From contig CAWFCE010000002.1 in assembly GCA_963814275.1 (NCBI GenBank), forward strand, positions 554,537 through 618,536: a stretch of 64,000 nt of DNA, written 5' to 3'. The stretch is from Candidatus Parcubacteria bacterium. Its GTDB lineage: Bacteria > Patescibacteriota > Patescibacteriia > Patescibacteriales > UBA12075. The notes below the pieces were generated by a model, which ran no database searches, had not been told where the DNA came from, and was given only the letters and a program-made list of their open reading frames with translations. Below, one piece after another: positions 1 through 10,369 of this stretch. How positions within the stretch are numbered: position 1 is the first letter of the stretch; every line of letters starts with the position of its first letter. The translations under genes were made by a program, and so were the position numbers.

Positions 1-1
1 C

Positions 2-805
<804 letters not shown>

Positions 806-853
806 AGCTTAACCTTAGATTAATTATAGCGATTAAATATTTTTTAAACTTAT

Positions 854-3800
854 ATGCTTAATCCAATAAAAACAACGGATTTTGACGCTATTAAACTGAA
901 GCTAGCGTCGCCCGACAATATTAGCTCCTGGTCGCATGGCGAGGTTACCCGGCCGGAAACCATTAATTACCGGACGCAAAAACCGGAGAAAGAAGGCCTT
1001 TTTTGCGAGCGCATATTCGGTCCTTCCAAGGACTGGGAATGTTATTGCGGAAAATATAAGAAGATCCGTTATAAGGGCATTGTCTGCGACAAATGCGGCG
1101 TTGAGGTTACGCGGTCGATCGTCCGCCGTGAACGGATGGGCCACATCCGGCTGGAATCACCCTGCACGCATATTTGGTTTTTACGCGGTTTGTCTTCCAA
1201 GGTCGGTCTGATCCTCGACCTCTCGATGCAGGCGCTGGAGAAAGTGGTGTATTTCGCCAGTTTTATCATTACTGATGTAAATGAAGATCTTAAGCAAGCC
1301 ACGATCGACCAGATCAAAAATGAGTATAAACAAAAAAAGAAATCTATCGATAATGATTTTTTGCGCCAAACGAACGAAATCAAGAACCGTAAGGGAAAAT
1401 TGATCGAGCAGGGCAAAAGCCGGCCCGAGGCGGACGATGAAATCAATGGTGAAATCGAATCTCTGGCGAAGGTCAAGGAAGAGAAGCTGGCCAATCTGCA
1501 GAATGCTTTCGACCAGGCTCAAAAAGAATTGAAAGACTTGAAGCCTCTCTTGATCATATCGGAAAATACTTATCAAAATTTAAGCTTGAAATACGGCCAT
1601 ATATTCGAGGCCGGTATTGGCGCGGAAGCGGTGCGGAAGCTTCTGGAAAGGATCGATTTGGGAAAGTCCATTGAATTGCTTGAGCAGGAACTTCTGCAAG
1701 CGATCGATTCGAAACGGGACAAGCTCACGAGGCGCCTTAAACTGTTCAAAAGCTTGCTGGCGAATAACTTGCGCCCGGAATGGATGATTTTGACCGTGGT
1801 GCCGGTAATTCCGCCGGATCTGCGCCCGATGGTCGCCCTTGACGGGGGGCGTTTTGCCACCTCCGACCTCAATGATCTGTACCGTCGCGTGATCAATCGC
1901 AATAACCGTTTGCGGCAGCTGGTAGATCTGAACGCGCCCGAGGTCATATGCCGCAACGAAAAACGCATGCTGCAGGAAGCGGTTGATGCCCTGATTGATA
2001 ATTCCGCCCGGCACGGCAAAACCGTAATCGCGTCTACCGGGCAGAAGCGCATGCTTAAATCGTTGGCCGACTCGCTTAAAGGCAAGCAGGGCCGTTTTCG
2101 CCAGAATTTATTGGGCAAACGCATTGATTATTCCGGCCGTAGTGTCATCGTGGTTAACCCCAAGCTGAACCTTGACCAGTGCGGTCTGCCGAAAGTGATG
2201 GCCTTGGAACTGTTCAAGCCCTTTATTATCAGCAAATTAATAGATAAAGAAGTCGTGCATAATGTCCGCAGCGCATCCCGGTTTATCGAATCCGGAGCTG
2301 ACGTGGTATGGGATATACTGGAAGAGATCATCCAGGGCGCCTATGTTCTCCTGAACCGCGCGCCAACGCTCCATCGGCTCGGCATACAGGCTTTTAGGCC
2401 GATCCTGATAGAGGGCAAGGCAATCCAGATCCATCCGCTGGTTTGTACCGCTTTTAACGCTGACTTTGACGGCGACCAGATGGCGGTTCATGTCCCCTTA
2501 ACGGCGGAAGCGGTGTCAGAGGCGCGGGATATTATGTTGTCTTCCCGCAACCTCTTAAAACCGGCTACCGGGGATCCGGTAGTAGCGCCAAACCAGGATA
2601 TCGTCTGGGGCGCTTTCTATATCACCAATATGGCTGAGGGCAGCAAGAAAGACGAGGAATTAAAAAGCTTCGCCGATGAAAACGAGGCTCGTTTGGCGTA
2701 TGATACCGAGAATATCAAGCTTCATGATGCAATACGAGTCGTTTTGCCCGGACTGGGATTGGTCCGGACATCGGTTGGGCGCATTATTTTCAACAATATC
2801 TTGCCGAACAAACTGCGCTACGTGAATGAAGTTGTCGGCAAGAGCAAGCTGAAGAACCTGGTTAAGCAATGTTTTCAATATTACGGGCCGGAACGCACCG
2901 TACATTTCCTTGATGACCTGAAAGCCCGTAGTTTCGCCTATATAACCCGAAGCGGATTATCCTGGGGAATGGGCGATCTGCCGTCATTTCCCGAAAAAGA
3001 TGAAATGATCGACAATGCGCAGACGGAAGTCGAAAACATACAAGAACAATATGAGGAAGGCTTATTGACCGATAGCGAGCGTTATACCAAGGTCATCGAA
3101 GTCTGGAGCGGCGTAAAAGAGCGGGTAACAGACATATGCCGGAAAGGACTGCCCGTGGAAGGCCCGGTTTATTCGATGATCGAATCCGGCGCCCGCGGCA
3201 GCTGGGCCCAGCTGACCCAGATATTGGGAATGAAGGGTTTGGTTACATCTCCTTCCGGTGATATTATCGAGCTGCCGGTAAAAGGAAATTTCAAAAAAGG
3301 TTTCGGAGTGTTGGAATATTTCATTTCCACCCATGGCGTGAGAAAAGGGCTATCCGATACCGCTCTCCGTACCGCCAACGCCGGATACCTGACGCGCCGT
3401 TTGGTGGATGTGTCGCAGGACGTAATCATCAGCGATGAAGATTGCGGTGATGATGAAGGACTGCTTGCTACCAGCGCAGAAAGCCAGCAATCTGGAGTTG
3501 ATTTGCTTTCCCGTATAATCGGGCGTTATTTGGCGCAGGATCTGCTCAATAGCAAGGGCAAAGTGTTGGCCAAAAAGGGAGAGATCGTCGATATGGATTT
3601 GGCCGAGAAGCTGGAAGGCGAAGATATCACGGAAGCAAGGATACGCAGCGTATTGTCATGCAAACTGCATCGGGGAGTGTGCGTTAAGTGCTACGGCTGG
3701 GATCTGGGCCATAATCGGTCGGTTAAATTGGGTACCGCCGTAGGCATTATCGCCGCCCAATCGATCGGTGAGCCGGGAACGCAGCTTACCATGAGGACGT

Positions 3801-4816
3801 TCCATACCGGCGGTATCGCCGGCGTCGAAGATATTACCCAGGGTTTGCCCCGCGTTGAAGAAATATTCGAAGCCCGGCCGCCGAAACGGAAAGCGTTTAT
3901 CGCCGACGTGTCGGGAACTGTCAAGATCGAAACCGCCCAGCGTACCATTGAGGATGAAACCGGCAAGGTGGTCGTCAGCAATCCCCAAGTAAAGATCCTG
4001 AAAATATATTATACCGGCGCCGCCAGTAAAAAATATTATTTTGCGGACGTTAACAAGATGTTCAGTGATAAATTAAAAACGCAAAAAACGCCGAAATTAC
4101 TGGTTAAAGACGGGGAGAAGGTCAAAACCGGCAAGCCGCTGTTCTCCTTCGGACGGAAAAAAATACTGGCTGAGCAGGATGGCGTTATCGCCGTAACCGA
4201 AAAATACGTAAAGCTGCAGGGTGAAGCCGAACGAGTCAAAGAGTTTATCGTGCCGAAAGGTATGACCATAATCCATAACGAAGGGGATAAGGTGGAAAAG
4301 GGCGACCAATTGACTGATGGCAGTCTTGACTTACAGCAATTATTCAAATTGCGGGGCAAACTGGATACCCAAAAATACATCATCAAGGAAATCCAGAGCG
4401 TATATTCTTCCCAGGGCCAGCCATTGAATGACAAACACATCGAGATTGTCGCCAAACAAATGTTTTCCCGCTTTTTTATCACTGAATCCGGCGGTACCGA
4501 GCTCTTACCGGGCGAGATCGCGGAAAGCGCGATGTTCAACCGCGCCAACCTGGAAGCGGAAACAAACGGCAAGAAATCGGCCAAAGGCGAACGTTTGCTC
4601 CTGGGAATTACCAAAGCGTCGCTGACTACGGATAGCTTCCTGTCCGCCGCGTCGTTCCAGGAAACCGCCAGAGTATTGATCGAATCCGCGGTAAGCGGCA
4701 AAATCGATTATTTGGAGGGGCTTAAAGAGAATGTTATTATCGGACGCCTGATACCGGCCGGTACAGGATATTACGGCAAAAAAGAAAGAGCGGATTACAG
4801 CCAGGACAAAGGTTAA
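854..4816 (+). CDS. rpoC: DNA-directed RNA polymerase beta-prime subunit
   Basis: 1320-aa ORF with an N-terminal zinc-binding CYCGKYKKIRYKGIVCDKCGVEV and the catalytic NADFDGDQMAVHVPL motif. Position after rpoB is the canonical order. Confidence 0.98.
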   Translation: MLNPIKTTDFDAIKLKLASPDNISSWSHGEVTRPETINYRTQKPEKEGLFCERIFGPSKDWECYCGKYKKIRYKGIVCDKCGVEVTRSIVRRERMGHIRLESPCTHIWFLRGLSSKVGLILDLSMQALEKVVYFASFIITDVNEDLKQATIDQIKNEYKQKKKSIDNDFLRQTNEIKNRKGKLIEQGKSRPEADDEINGEIESLAKVKEEKLANLQNAFDQAQKELKDLKPLLIISENTYQNLSLKYGHIFEAGIGAEAVRKLLERIDLGKSIELLEQELLQAIDSKRDKLTRRLKLFKSLLANNLRPEWMILTVVPVIPPDLRPMVALDGGRFATSDLNDLYRRVINRNNRLRQLVDLNAPEVICRNEKRMLQEAVDALIDNSARHGKTVIASTGQKRMLKSLADSLKGKQGRFRQNLLGKRIDYSGRSVIVVNPKLNLDQCGLPKVMALELFKPFIISKLIDKEVVHNVRSASRFIESGADVVWDILEEIIQGAYVLLNRAPTLHRLGIQAFRPILIEGKAIQIHPLVCTAFNADFDGDQMAVHVPLTAEAVSEARDIMLSSRNLLKPATGDPVVAPNQDIVWGAFYITNMAEGSKKDEELKSFADENEARLAYDTENIKLHDAIRVVLPGLGLVRTSVGRIIFNNILPNKLRYVNEVVGKSKLKNLVKQCFQYYGPERTVHFLDDLKARSFAYITRSGLSWGMGDLPSFPEKDEMIDNAQTEVENIQEQYEEGLLTDSERYTKVIEVWSGVKERVTDICRKGLPVEGPVYSMIESGARGSWAQLTQILGMKGLVTSPSGDIIELPVKGNFKKGFGVLEYFISTHGVRKGLSDTALRTANAGYLTRRLVDVSQDVIISDEDCGDDEGLLATSAESQQSGVDLLSRIIGRYLAQDLLNSKGKVLAKKGEIVDMDLAEKLEGEDITEARIRSVLSCKLHRGVCVKCYGWDLGHNRSVKLGTAVGIIAAQSIGEPGTQLTMRTFHTGGIAGVEDITQGLPRVEEIFEARPPKRKAFIADVSGTVKIETAQRTIEDETGKVVVSNPQVKILKIYYTGAASKKYYFADVNKMFSDKLKTQKTPKLLVKDGEKVKTGKPLFSFGRKKILAEQDGVIAVTEKYVKLQGEAERVKEFIVPKGMTIIHNEGDKVEKGDQLTDGSLDLQQLFKLRGKLDTQKYIIKEIQSVYSSQGQPLNDKHIEIVAKQMFSRFFITESGGTELLPGEIAESAMFNRANLEAETNGKKSAKGERLLLGITKASLTTDSFLSAASFQETARVLIESAVSGKIDYLEGLKENVIIGRLIPAGTGYYGKKERADYSQDKG

Positions 4817-4846
4817 TACCAGCTAGATTAGCTTTTGCGATATATA

Positions 4847-4885
4847 ATAAGACCGCCCCGGTTATACCGGGGCGGTCTTATTTGC
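4847..4885. terminator. Bidirectional rho-independent terminator between convergent rpoC and porB
   Basis: 15-bp perfect stem ATAAGACCGCCCCGG / CCGGGGCGGTCTTAT with loop TTATA, followed by TTATTTG on the + strand. Confidence 0.8.
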
Positions 4886-4898
4886 GAGGAATTTCTTA

Positions 4899-5858
4899 TT
4901 ACAGTCCGTAACGTTTGATGTTGCTATCGGCGATTTTTTGAATAAGCGCCAGCTGTTCCTTGCCGGCCGGGGTTTTGAAAAGATGGGAGAAACGCCCTTG
5001 CATTTCCAGGTAATCCTGGACTTTTGGCGTCGGTTTCGGCACGGGCAGGGCCTTTGACAGGGTGCCGTCGACGTACTCGAGTACGGGATAGAGGCCGGTT
5101 TGGGCTGCCAAGCGGGCTGCCTGCAAAGTTTGGTCCGGACGGATTCGCCAGCCGGGAACGCAAGGGGCCAATATCTGGATATACGCCGGGCCTTTGGCCG
5201 CAACTGCTTTGGCTACTTTTTGCTTAATGTCTTCGATATAGCCGGCAGTCGTTTGCGCCACATAGGGCAAGCCATGGGCCAAGGCGATGGCTATTATATC
5301 CTTTTTCCGCTGATGCGAGCCAATCGCGTCGATTGTTTGGCCGCTTCCGGAAGGAGTGGTGGTGGTATTCGCTCCCCAGGGAGTCGAGCCACTGGCTTGC
5401 ATACCGGTGTTGGAATAAGCCTCGTTGTCGTAGCAAATATACAGGATCGGTTCACCTCTTTCCCACATCCCGCTTATCAGCCCAAACCCGATATCGAAGG
5501 TGCTGCCGTCGCCGCCCTGGACAACGACTTTGATTTTATTGTCTTTCTTTTTCTGTTTGAGCGCGGCATAGACGCCCGAAGCGACCGCGGCGGCGTTCTC
5601 GAACAGGGAATGGATCCACGGTACGCCCCAAGCGCTTTGCGGATAGGGCGAAGTAGTTACTTCCAGACAGCCGGTGGCATTGGCGATTATTACGTTTTCG
5701 CCCAAAGCTCCGGAAACAGCCCGGGCAGCCAGCGATTGCCCGCAACCGGCGCACCCCCGATGTCCCGGGGAAAACAGCGGTTTTTTCGTCTGGGTTTTTA
5801 CCGCAGCGCTTGCTGTGTTGGTTTTAGTCGGCATAGTAGTAAGTGATATCGCGAACAC
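4899..5858 (-). CDS. porB: Pyruvate/2-oxoacid:ferredoxin oxidoreductase beta (TPP-binding) subunit
   Basis: 319-aa ORF with motifs GHRGCAGCG, GGDGSTFDIGF and CYDNEAYSNTG typical of PorB. An alternative start (MPTKTN) lies at 5834. Confidence 0.92.
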   Translation of the reverse strand: MFAISLTTMPTKTNTASAAVKTQTKKPLFSPGHRGCAGCGQSLAARAVSGALGENVIIANATGCLEVTTSPYPQSAWGVPWIHSLFENAAAVASGVYAALKQKKKDNKIKVVVQGGDGSTFDIGFGLISGMWERGEPILYICYDNEAYSNTGMQASGSTPWGANTTTTPSGSGQTIDAIGSHQRKKDIIAIALAHGLPYVAQTTAGYIEDIKQKVAKAVAAKGPAYIQILAPCVPGWRIRPDQTLQAARLAAQTGLYPVLEYVDGTLSKALPVPKPTPKVQDYLEMQGRFSHLFKTPAGKEQLALIQKIADSNIKRYGL

Positions 5859-5976
5859 TTTGTTTAAGCTGGCCGCAATCGGGCGGCCGGGAAGGAAAGT
5901 GTTCGAAATATTACGGAATTATTATTTGATTAAAATATTATCGTTTGTCTACATAAGGGAGATAAAAACCGAAGCA

Positions 5977-6186
5977 TCAGTTGGCCGGAGCGATGCTTTT
6001 CAAATCTTTCAAATTCTGGATTTTTTCGAATTGGCCGATGAATTTCGAAGCATCCAAAATTTCCACCAGGATCGGTTTTCCCGCCGAAGATACATGGATT
6101 ATGAAATTACCGACCTCGCGAACGTGGTCGATCTTGCCTTTGGCGATTTCCCAGCAAATTATATTGGCCTCTGGATCGTAGAGCAT
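5977..6186 (-). CDS. DUF2283-like small protein (putative antitoxin partner)
   Basis: 69 aa. MLYDPEANIICWEI...PILVEILDASKF matches the YDPEAD...GIEILDAS pattern of DUF2283. Lies 29 nt downstream of a DUF4258-like gene. Confidence 0.75.
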   Translation of the reverse strand: MLYDPEANIICWEIAKGKIDHVREVGNFIIHVSSAGKPILVEILDASKFIGQFEKIQNLKDLKSIAPAN

Positions 6187-6215
6187 ATTGATTATAGTAA
6201 TGTTAAAATATCTGA

Positions 6216-6434
6216 TTAAGGCTTTACCGGAAAAAAAGTGATGATTTTTATAATACCGTGGTCTTTCCGATAAACCACTTTAATGCCGTCTTTTTTTGCC
6301 GCCAAATAATTACCTTTCTTTTTTATTTGTTCGGGGACAGTAACGGCTTCCTCGATCTGCTCGCGGGTCAAATAGACTTTATATTTATGCAGAATATCGA
6401 ATTTTTCTTCCGCGTATTTGGTAAAGTGGATCAT
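6216..6434 (-). CDS. DUF4258-like small protein (putative toxin partner)
   Basis: 72 aa. FTKYAEEKF...REQIEEAVTVPEQI...KVVYRKDHGIIKIITFFP fits the DUF4258 pattern (F-T-x-H-A-x-E ... VVY ... VIT-x-YP). Confidence 0.7.
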   Translation of the reverse strand: MIHFTKYAEEKFDILHKYKVYLTREQIEEAVTVPEQIKKKGNYLAAKKDGIKVVYRKDHGIIKIITFFPVKP

Positions 6435-6474
6435 AGATTATATATGTTAGCATTATATTCATGAACGGTAAAAT

Positions 6475-9297
6475 TTACGGGCAGGTCGCATGGCATTCGT
6501 CGGGAAGCCAGGGTATATCGCAGCATTTAAGTCCGTTGCAGCAGGGCGTAAAGGTGCACCAGCCGCCTTCGTCCTGTTCGCAGGGCAGGCAATCGCCATC
6601 CGAGCATACCCTTTGGTCGCCGCAGGACAGGCCGTCGTTACCGGGAAGGGAACAGTTGACTGAAGGCGCCGACTGGCAATACCCCGCATAGCAGGTCAGG
6701 CCGGAGAAGCTGCAGCAGTCGATTCCATAGCCGCAGGCAGACCATTCGTTCTTGGCGCAAAGGTCGCAGGACAAGGTGCCGCTCCGGTCATAGCACATTT
6801 TGGCGTAATTCGGGTCACTGTACGAACCGCAGGAATCGCCGGCCGATTTGCTGTCGCATTCGGTTGCGTCCGAACAGATAGTGTCCATTGCCGGATCGGT
6901 ACAGGATAAGCCTTTAAAGAATTGCTGGTAAGGATAGCTGAAAAGATTTTCCGGGCAGGTAAATTCCGTTTTTGAGCTGCAACTGACCGAACCGGCATAT
7001 TGTGTAACCGCGCAGCAGCCGCTTATATCGCAATATCCTCCCAAACAGTCGCTTCCGCCGGCACAATCGCTCGCATCATCGCAGGTGTCGCCCAGTTCGC
7101 CGCCGGCGCATACGCCGGTGCTCTCACGGCATAATCCGGACGAACAATCGCCACCTGTACCGCAGGGACTGCCGATTGCGCCATCGGTACATAATTTTCC
7201 CTTGGTCGCGGTATCGACGCAAACCAAATCTTCCGCACAGATCAATTCCGTGTCATTGCAGGGCGTATCGTTAGTCTGGTAACCGGGGCAGACGGCATAG
7301 CATTTATTGACCAATAAAGATACGTGGCAGCATTCCAAATCCTGGCAGCACGGGGTAAGATTGCACCAATCGCCTTCGGTGTTTTCACAGGTTTTGCATA
7401 CTCCGCCCGCGCATACCTTCTTTCCGATATCCGCGCTACAGGATTTTTTGTCATTGTCTGGATCGGAGCAGTCTATGGTGGGTGCGGTGTCGCAAATACT
7501 GCCGGTATTGCAGGACAAGTCGGCATAAGCACAGCAATCTATGTCCCCCAAACAGGGGTTGCCGGCTTCTTTCCAGCAAAAGCCGCAGGTTTTTTGGCCG
7601 CTCCGCTCATAGCACATTTTGCCGTAAACCGGATCGACAAACGACGGTTCGCATTGGTCGCCGGCCGATTTTGAAACGCATTCCGGGGAGGTGCAGTCTG
7701 CCACGTCGTTGCATGCCAAATCGCGATAGTATAGCTGTACCAAGGGATCGCAAAGCGTTTCCTTGATATCATTCTGGCAGTTCTTGCTGCCATCCCAGAG
7801 ATCACGGACACAACAACCGGTGGTATCGCATTTATTGTCCAGACAATCCAGTTCGAATTGGCAATCATCCACGTTGTCGCAGCTGTCGCCCAGCTTGCCC
7901 TCGGAACATAAGCCGATAGTCTCCCGGCAAATTAGCCCGGCTTGGCACTGGCTGTCGCTGCCGCAAGGGCTTCCCGCTTGGCCGTCGGTGCAGAATTGGC
8001 CGTTTATCGTAGTGACGCAGGTCAGCTTATCCCCGCACAAAAGGTCGGTGGTATTGCATGTTTCGCCGTTTTTCCTGCCGCCGGGGCAGACGGCGTAGCA
8101 TTTGTCGAGCGCCCAGGGGATATCACAGCAAGTTATCCCTTCGCAACAAGGGGTAAGAGTGCACCAATCGCCTTCATCCTTTTCGCAAATTTTACAGCTG
8201 CCCTTCGAACAGACTTTGTCTTCGCCCCCCAGCCCGGTGCCGCAGAACAGTTTGTCATTAGCCGGATCAGCACAATCTTTTTCGGGAGCATCACTGCAGA
8301 CGCCAAAGCTGCATGACAATCCGGCATAAGCGCAGCAGGCGTAATCATTCGTACAAGGATTGCCTTTTGTGTCCACGCAAGGCCCGCAGGTTAATATGCC
8401 GCTTTTTTCATAGCACATATTTGCGCTGTCGGGATTTTCGACAGTGGGTCCGCATTGGTCACCTTTTGACTTGGCGGAACAAAGGGATGACGATTTACAG
8501 TCCGGTAAATCAGCCGACAGCTTGCCTTCTTTCCATATTTGGGCGGCAATCGCCCCGTTGATTATTGTCGGACAATTATCCTGGGTCGTATCGGCGCAGG
8601 TAACAGCTAGAGTTATTGGATTGGTCTTGACACAGGCGTATTTCAGGTTTCCTTCCGCATCAGCCGTTAAACACCGGTCAGCGCCGTATTTGACGGATCC
8701 GTCGCCGCCCCACTCGCCGCTTACGGTTTCACATTTTTTCTGGGTATACAGGTTATAGGATGAATTTTTAACGATACAACACCCTAAATTTTCGATTTTA
8801 TCGATCTTAAGCGGTTCGAATACGGTCAGGTTGGGGTTAACGAAATAAAGAAGCGTATATGATCCCAGGGCAAGGACCAGTCCGGTGAGAGCTGAAGCGA
8901 GCCAGCTTTTGGCGGTATCGATTCGGCTTTTATTGCCGGCGGCGGTCGCCCAGAGCAAGCCGCCGATCATCATCGCGACCGTGGCCAGGATACCGACCGT
9001 ACCGACCCCGTATTTGTATATCGTCTGGATATAGCGCCCCATGGTTTGGTCGTCGATCAGGATACCGCAGTTCTTGTTTTCGGGGTCGCATTTGGCGAAT
9101 TCGCCTCCGATCGTTACCTGAGGACGGAATAATATCCCAGTTTTTTCATCTTCTGCACGGCAAATTCCTGTCAAAAATAAATTGGCGAGAATAGCCAAAA
9201 AAAAGACAAAAATTAAATTACATTTTATAAATAATTTGAATGCGGAAAATTGCATTATTGTATATAATATTACTGCTTTCTTTTTCTGCTGTCTCAA
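6475..9297 (-). CDS. Secreted T4SS-pilin-like (TrbC/VirB2-type two-helix) N-module fused to a ~770-aa Cys-rich repeat region
   Basis: 940-aa ORF with a signal/TM segment, an FRPQVTIG motif and a hydrophobic hairpin GTVGILATVAMMIGGLLWATAAGN...LTGLVLALGSYTLLYFVNPNL. About 110 Cys follow (manual count) in ~2.5 repeats of ~270 aa. The start may instead be the internal Met at 9255. Confidence 0.85.
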   Translation of the reverse strand: MRQQKKKAVILYTIMQFSAFKLFIKCNLIFVFFLAILANLFLTGICRAEDEKTGILFRPQVTIGGEFAKCDPENKNCGILIDDQTMGRYIQTIYKYGVGTVGILATVAMMIGGLLWATAAGNKSRIDTAKSWLASALTGLVLALGSYTLLYFVNPNLTVFEPLKIDKIENLGCCIVKNSSYNLYTQKKCETVSGEWGGDGSVKYGADRCLTADAEGNLKYACVKTNPITLAVTCADTTQDNCPTIINGAIAAQIWKEGKLSADLPDCKSSSLCSAKSKGDQCGPTVENPDSANMCYEKSGILTCGPCVDTKGNPCTNDYACCAYAGLSCSFGVCSDAPEKDCADPANDKLFCGTGLGGEDKVCSKGSCKICEKDEGDWCTLTPCCEGITCCDIPWALDKCYAVCPGGRKNGETCNTTDLLCGDKLTCVTTINGQFCTDGQAGSPCGSDSQCQAGLICRETIGLCSEGKLGDSCDNVDDCQFELDCLDNKCDTTGCCVRDLWDGSKNCQNDIKETLCDPLVQLYYRDLACNDVADCTSPECVSKSAGDQCEPSFVDPVYGKMCYERSGQKTCGFCWKEAGNPCLGDIDCCAYADLSCNTGSICDTAPTIDCSDPDNDKKSCSADIGKKVCAGGVCKTCENTEGDWCNLTPCCQDLECCHVSLLVNKCYAVCPGYQTNDTPCNDTELICAEDLVCVDTATKGKLCTDGAIGSPCGTGGDCSSGLCRESTGVCAGGELGDTCDDASDCAGGSDCLGGYCDISGCCAVTQYAGSVSCSSKTEFTCPENLFSYPYQQFFKGLSCTDPAMDTICSDATECDSKSAGDSCGSYSDPNYAKMCYDRSGTLSCDLCAKNEWSACGYGIDCCSFSGLTCYAGYCQSAPSVNCSLPGNDGLSCGDQRVCSDGDCLPCEQDEGGWCTFTPCCNGLKCCDIPWLPDECHATCP

Positions 9298-9372
9298 ACC
9301 GTAATTAATAGAAAATCAATGTGTATATAAAAAGATTATCAAATAAAATCACCATGATTTAAATGTTTGAAA

Positions 9373-10281
9373 TTATTGCGGGCTGACATGAAAATGGGGA
9401 GCAGTTATATTTGTGTTCACTATGCATTTCGTTACTCCCTCCGCGATCAAAGGAGCGCAGCCGTCCGCGACATTGGTTTCGTATAATACGTTTAGTTTTT
9501 GGTCCATTAGCTTATTGTATATTATTCTCAGTTCCTGCGGCGCAGGTTTAGCCGTAGTGGTATTGACATCGGCGCAGGTTCCGATCGCGTGGCACTGGCT
9601 GGTGTGGTTGGGGGTTGTCGGCGGCCAGCCTTCGGTGAGTACGATGGTGTAAGCAGATAGCTTTATATCGTTTGATGCGGCTATTAATTTATCCGCCAAT
9701 ACCGCATTCAATTTCGTGCCGACGCCATCCTTGACTTTGAGGCCTAAATTTAAAAAATTGACTTCCGGAATGGTCATGCAATCGTAACAATCGCCGCATT
9801 TGTTCTGCGGGTAATCCTTGGGACAGCCTTCGGCTGTATAGGGATTGATTGTGCCGGTGTTGATAGATTTGAAGCTTACCAGGGAAGGATTGACGAAATA
9901 CAGGATCGTGTAGGACGACAGGGCCAGAAGCAGGCCGGTAAAGGCGGAATTGATCCAGCTTTGCGCCGTAGAGACCCGGTTTTGGTTGCCGGCGGCAGTC
10001 GCCCAGAGCAAGCCGCCGATCATCAGGGCGATCGTGGCCAGGATGCCGACTGTGCCGATCGCGTATTTGTAGATTTCGCTTATATACGTGCCCAGAGTGG
10101 AGGGATCGACCGGAATGCCGCAGGCCTTGTCGCGCGGATCGCATTTCGTATTAACGAAAATATTACCGATCGTGACTTGAGGCTGGAAGCGTATGGCATC
10201 TTCGGCTTTTACCGGTCCGGCCACGGTAAATCCGGAAATTAGGACACAGCCGGAAATTGCCAGCCAGCCAGCCAGGGTCAT
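9373..10281 (-). CDS. Secreted T4SS-pilin-like N-module fused to a possible M15/LAS-type zinc peptidase-like domain
   Basis: 302 aa. The N-module is nearly identical to its neighbours (IRFQPQVTIG, GTVGILATIALMIGGLLWATAAGN, YFVNPSL). The C-terminal part has LTEGW...SQCHAIGTCAD...APHFH, resembling the H-x6-D ... H zinc ligand pattern of M15/LAS cell-wall peptidases. Confidence 0.8.
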   Translation of the reverse strand: MTLAGWLAISGCVLISGFTVAGPVKAEDAIRFQPQVTIGNIFVNTKCDPRDKACGIPVDPSTLGTYISEIYKYAIGTVGILATIALMIGGLLWATAAGNQNRVSTAQSWINSAFTGLLLALSSYTILYFVNPSLVSFKSINTGTINPYTAEGCPKDYPQNKCGDCYDCMTIPEVNFLNLGLKVKDGVGTKLNAVLADKLIAASNDIKLSAYTIVLTEGWPPTTPNHTSQCHAIGTCADVNTTTAKPAPQELRIIYNKLMDQKLNVLYETNVADGCAPLIAEGVTKCIVNTNITAPHFHVSPQ

Positions 10282-10369
10282 GATTTTGATTATTTTTTCA
10301 CTTTTTATCCAAAAGATATTATTTAGAAAAACAGTAAAATGAAAAAAACATTACTATTTTTCGTTAAAT

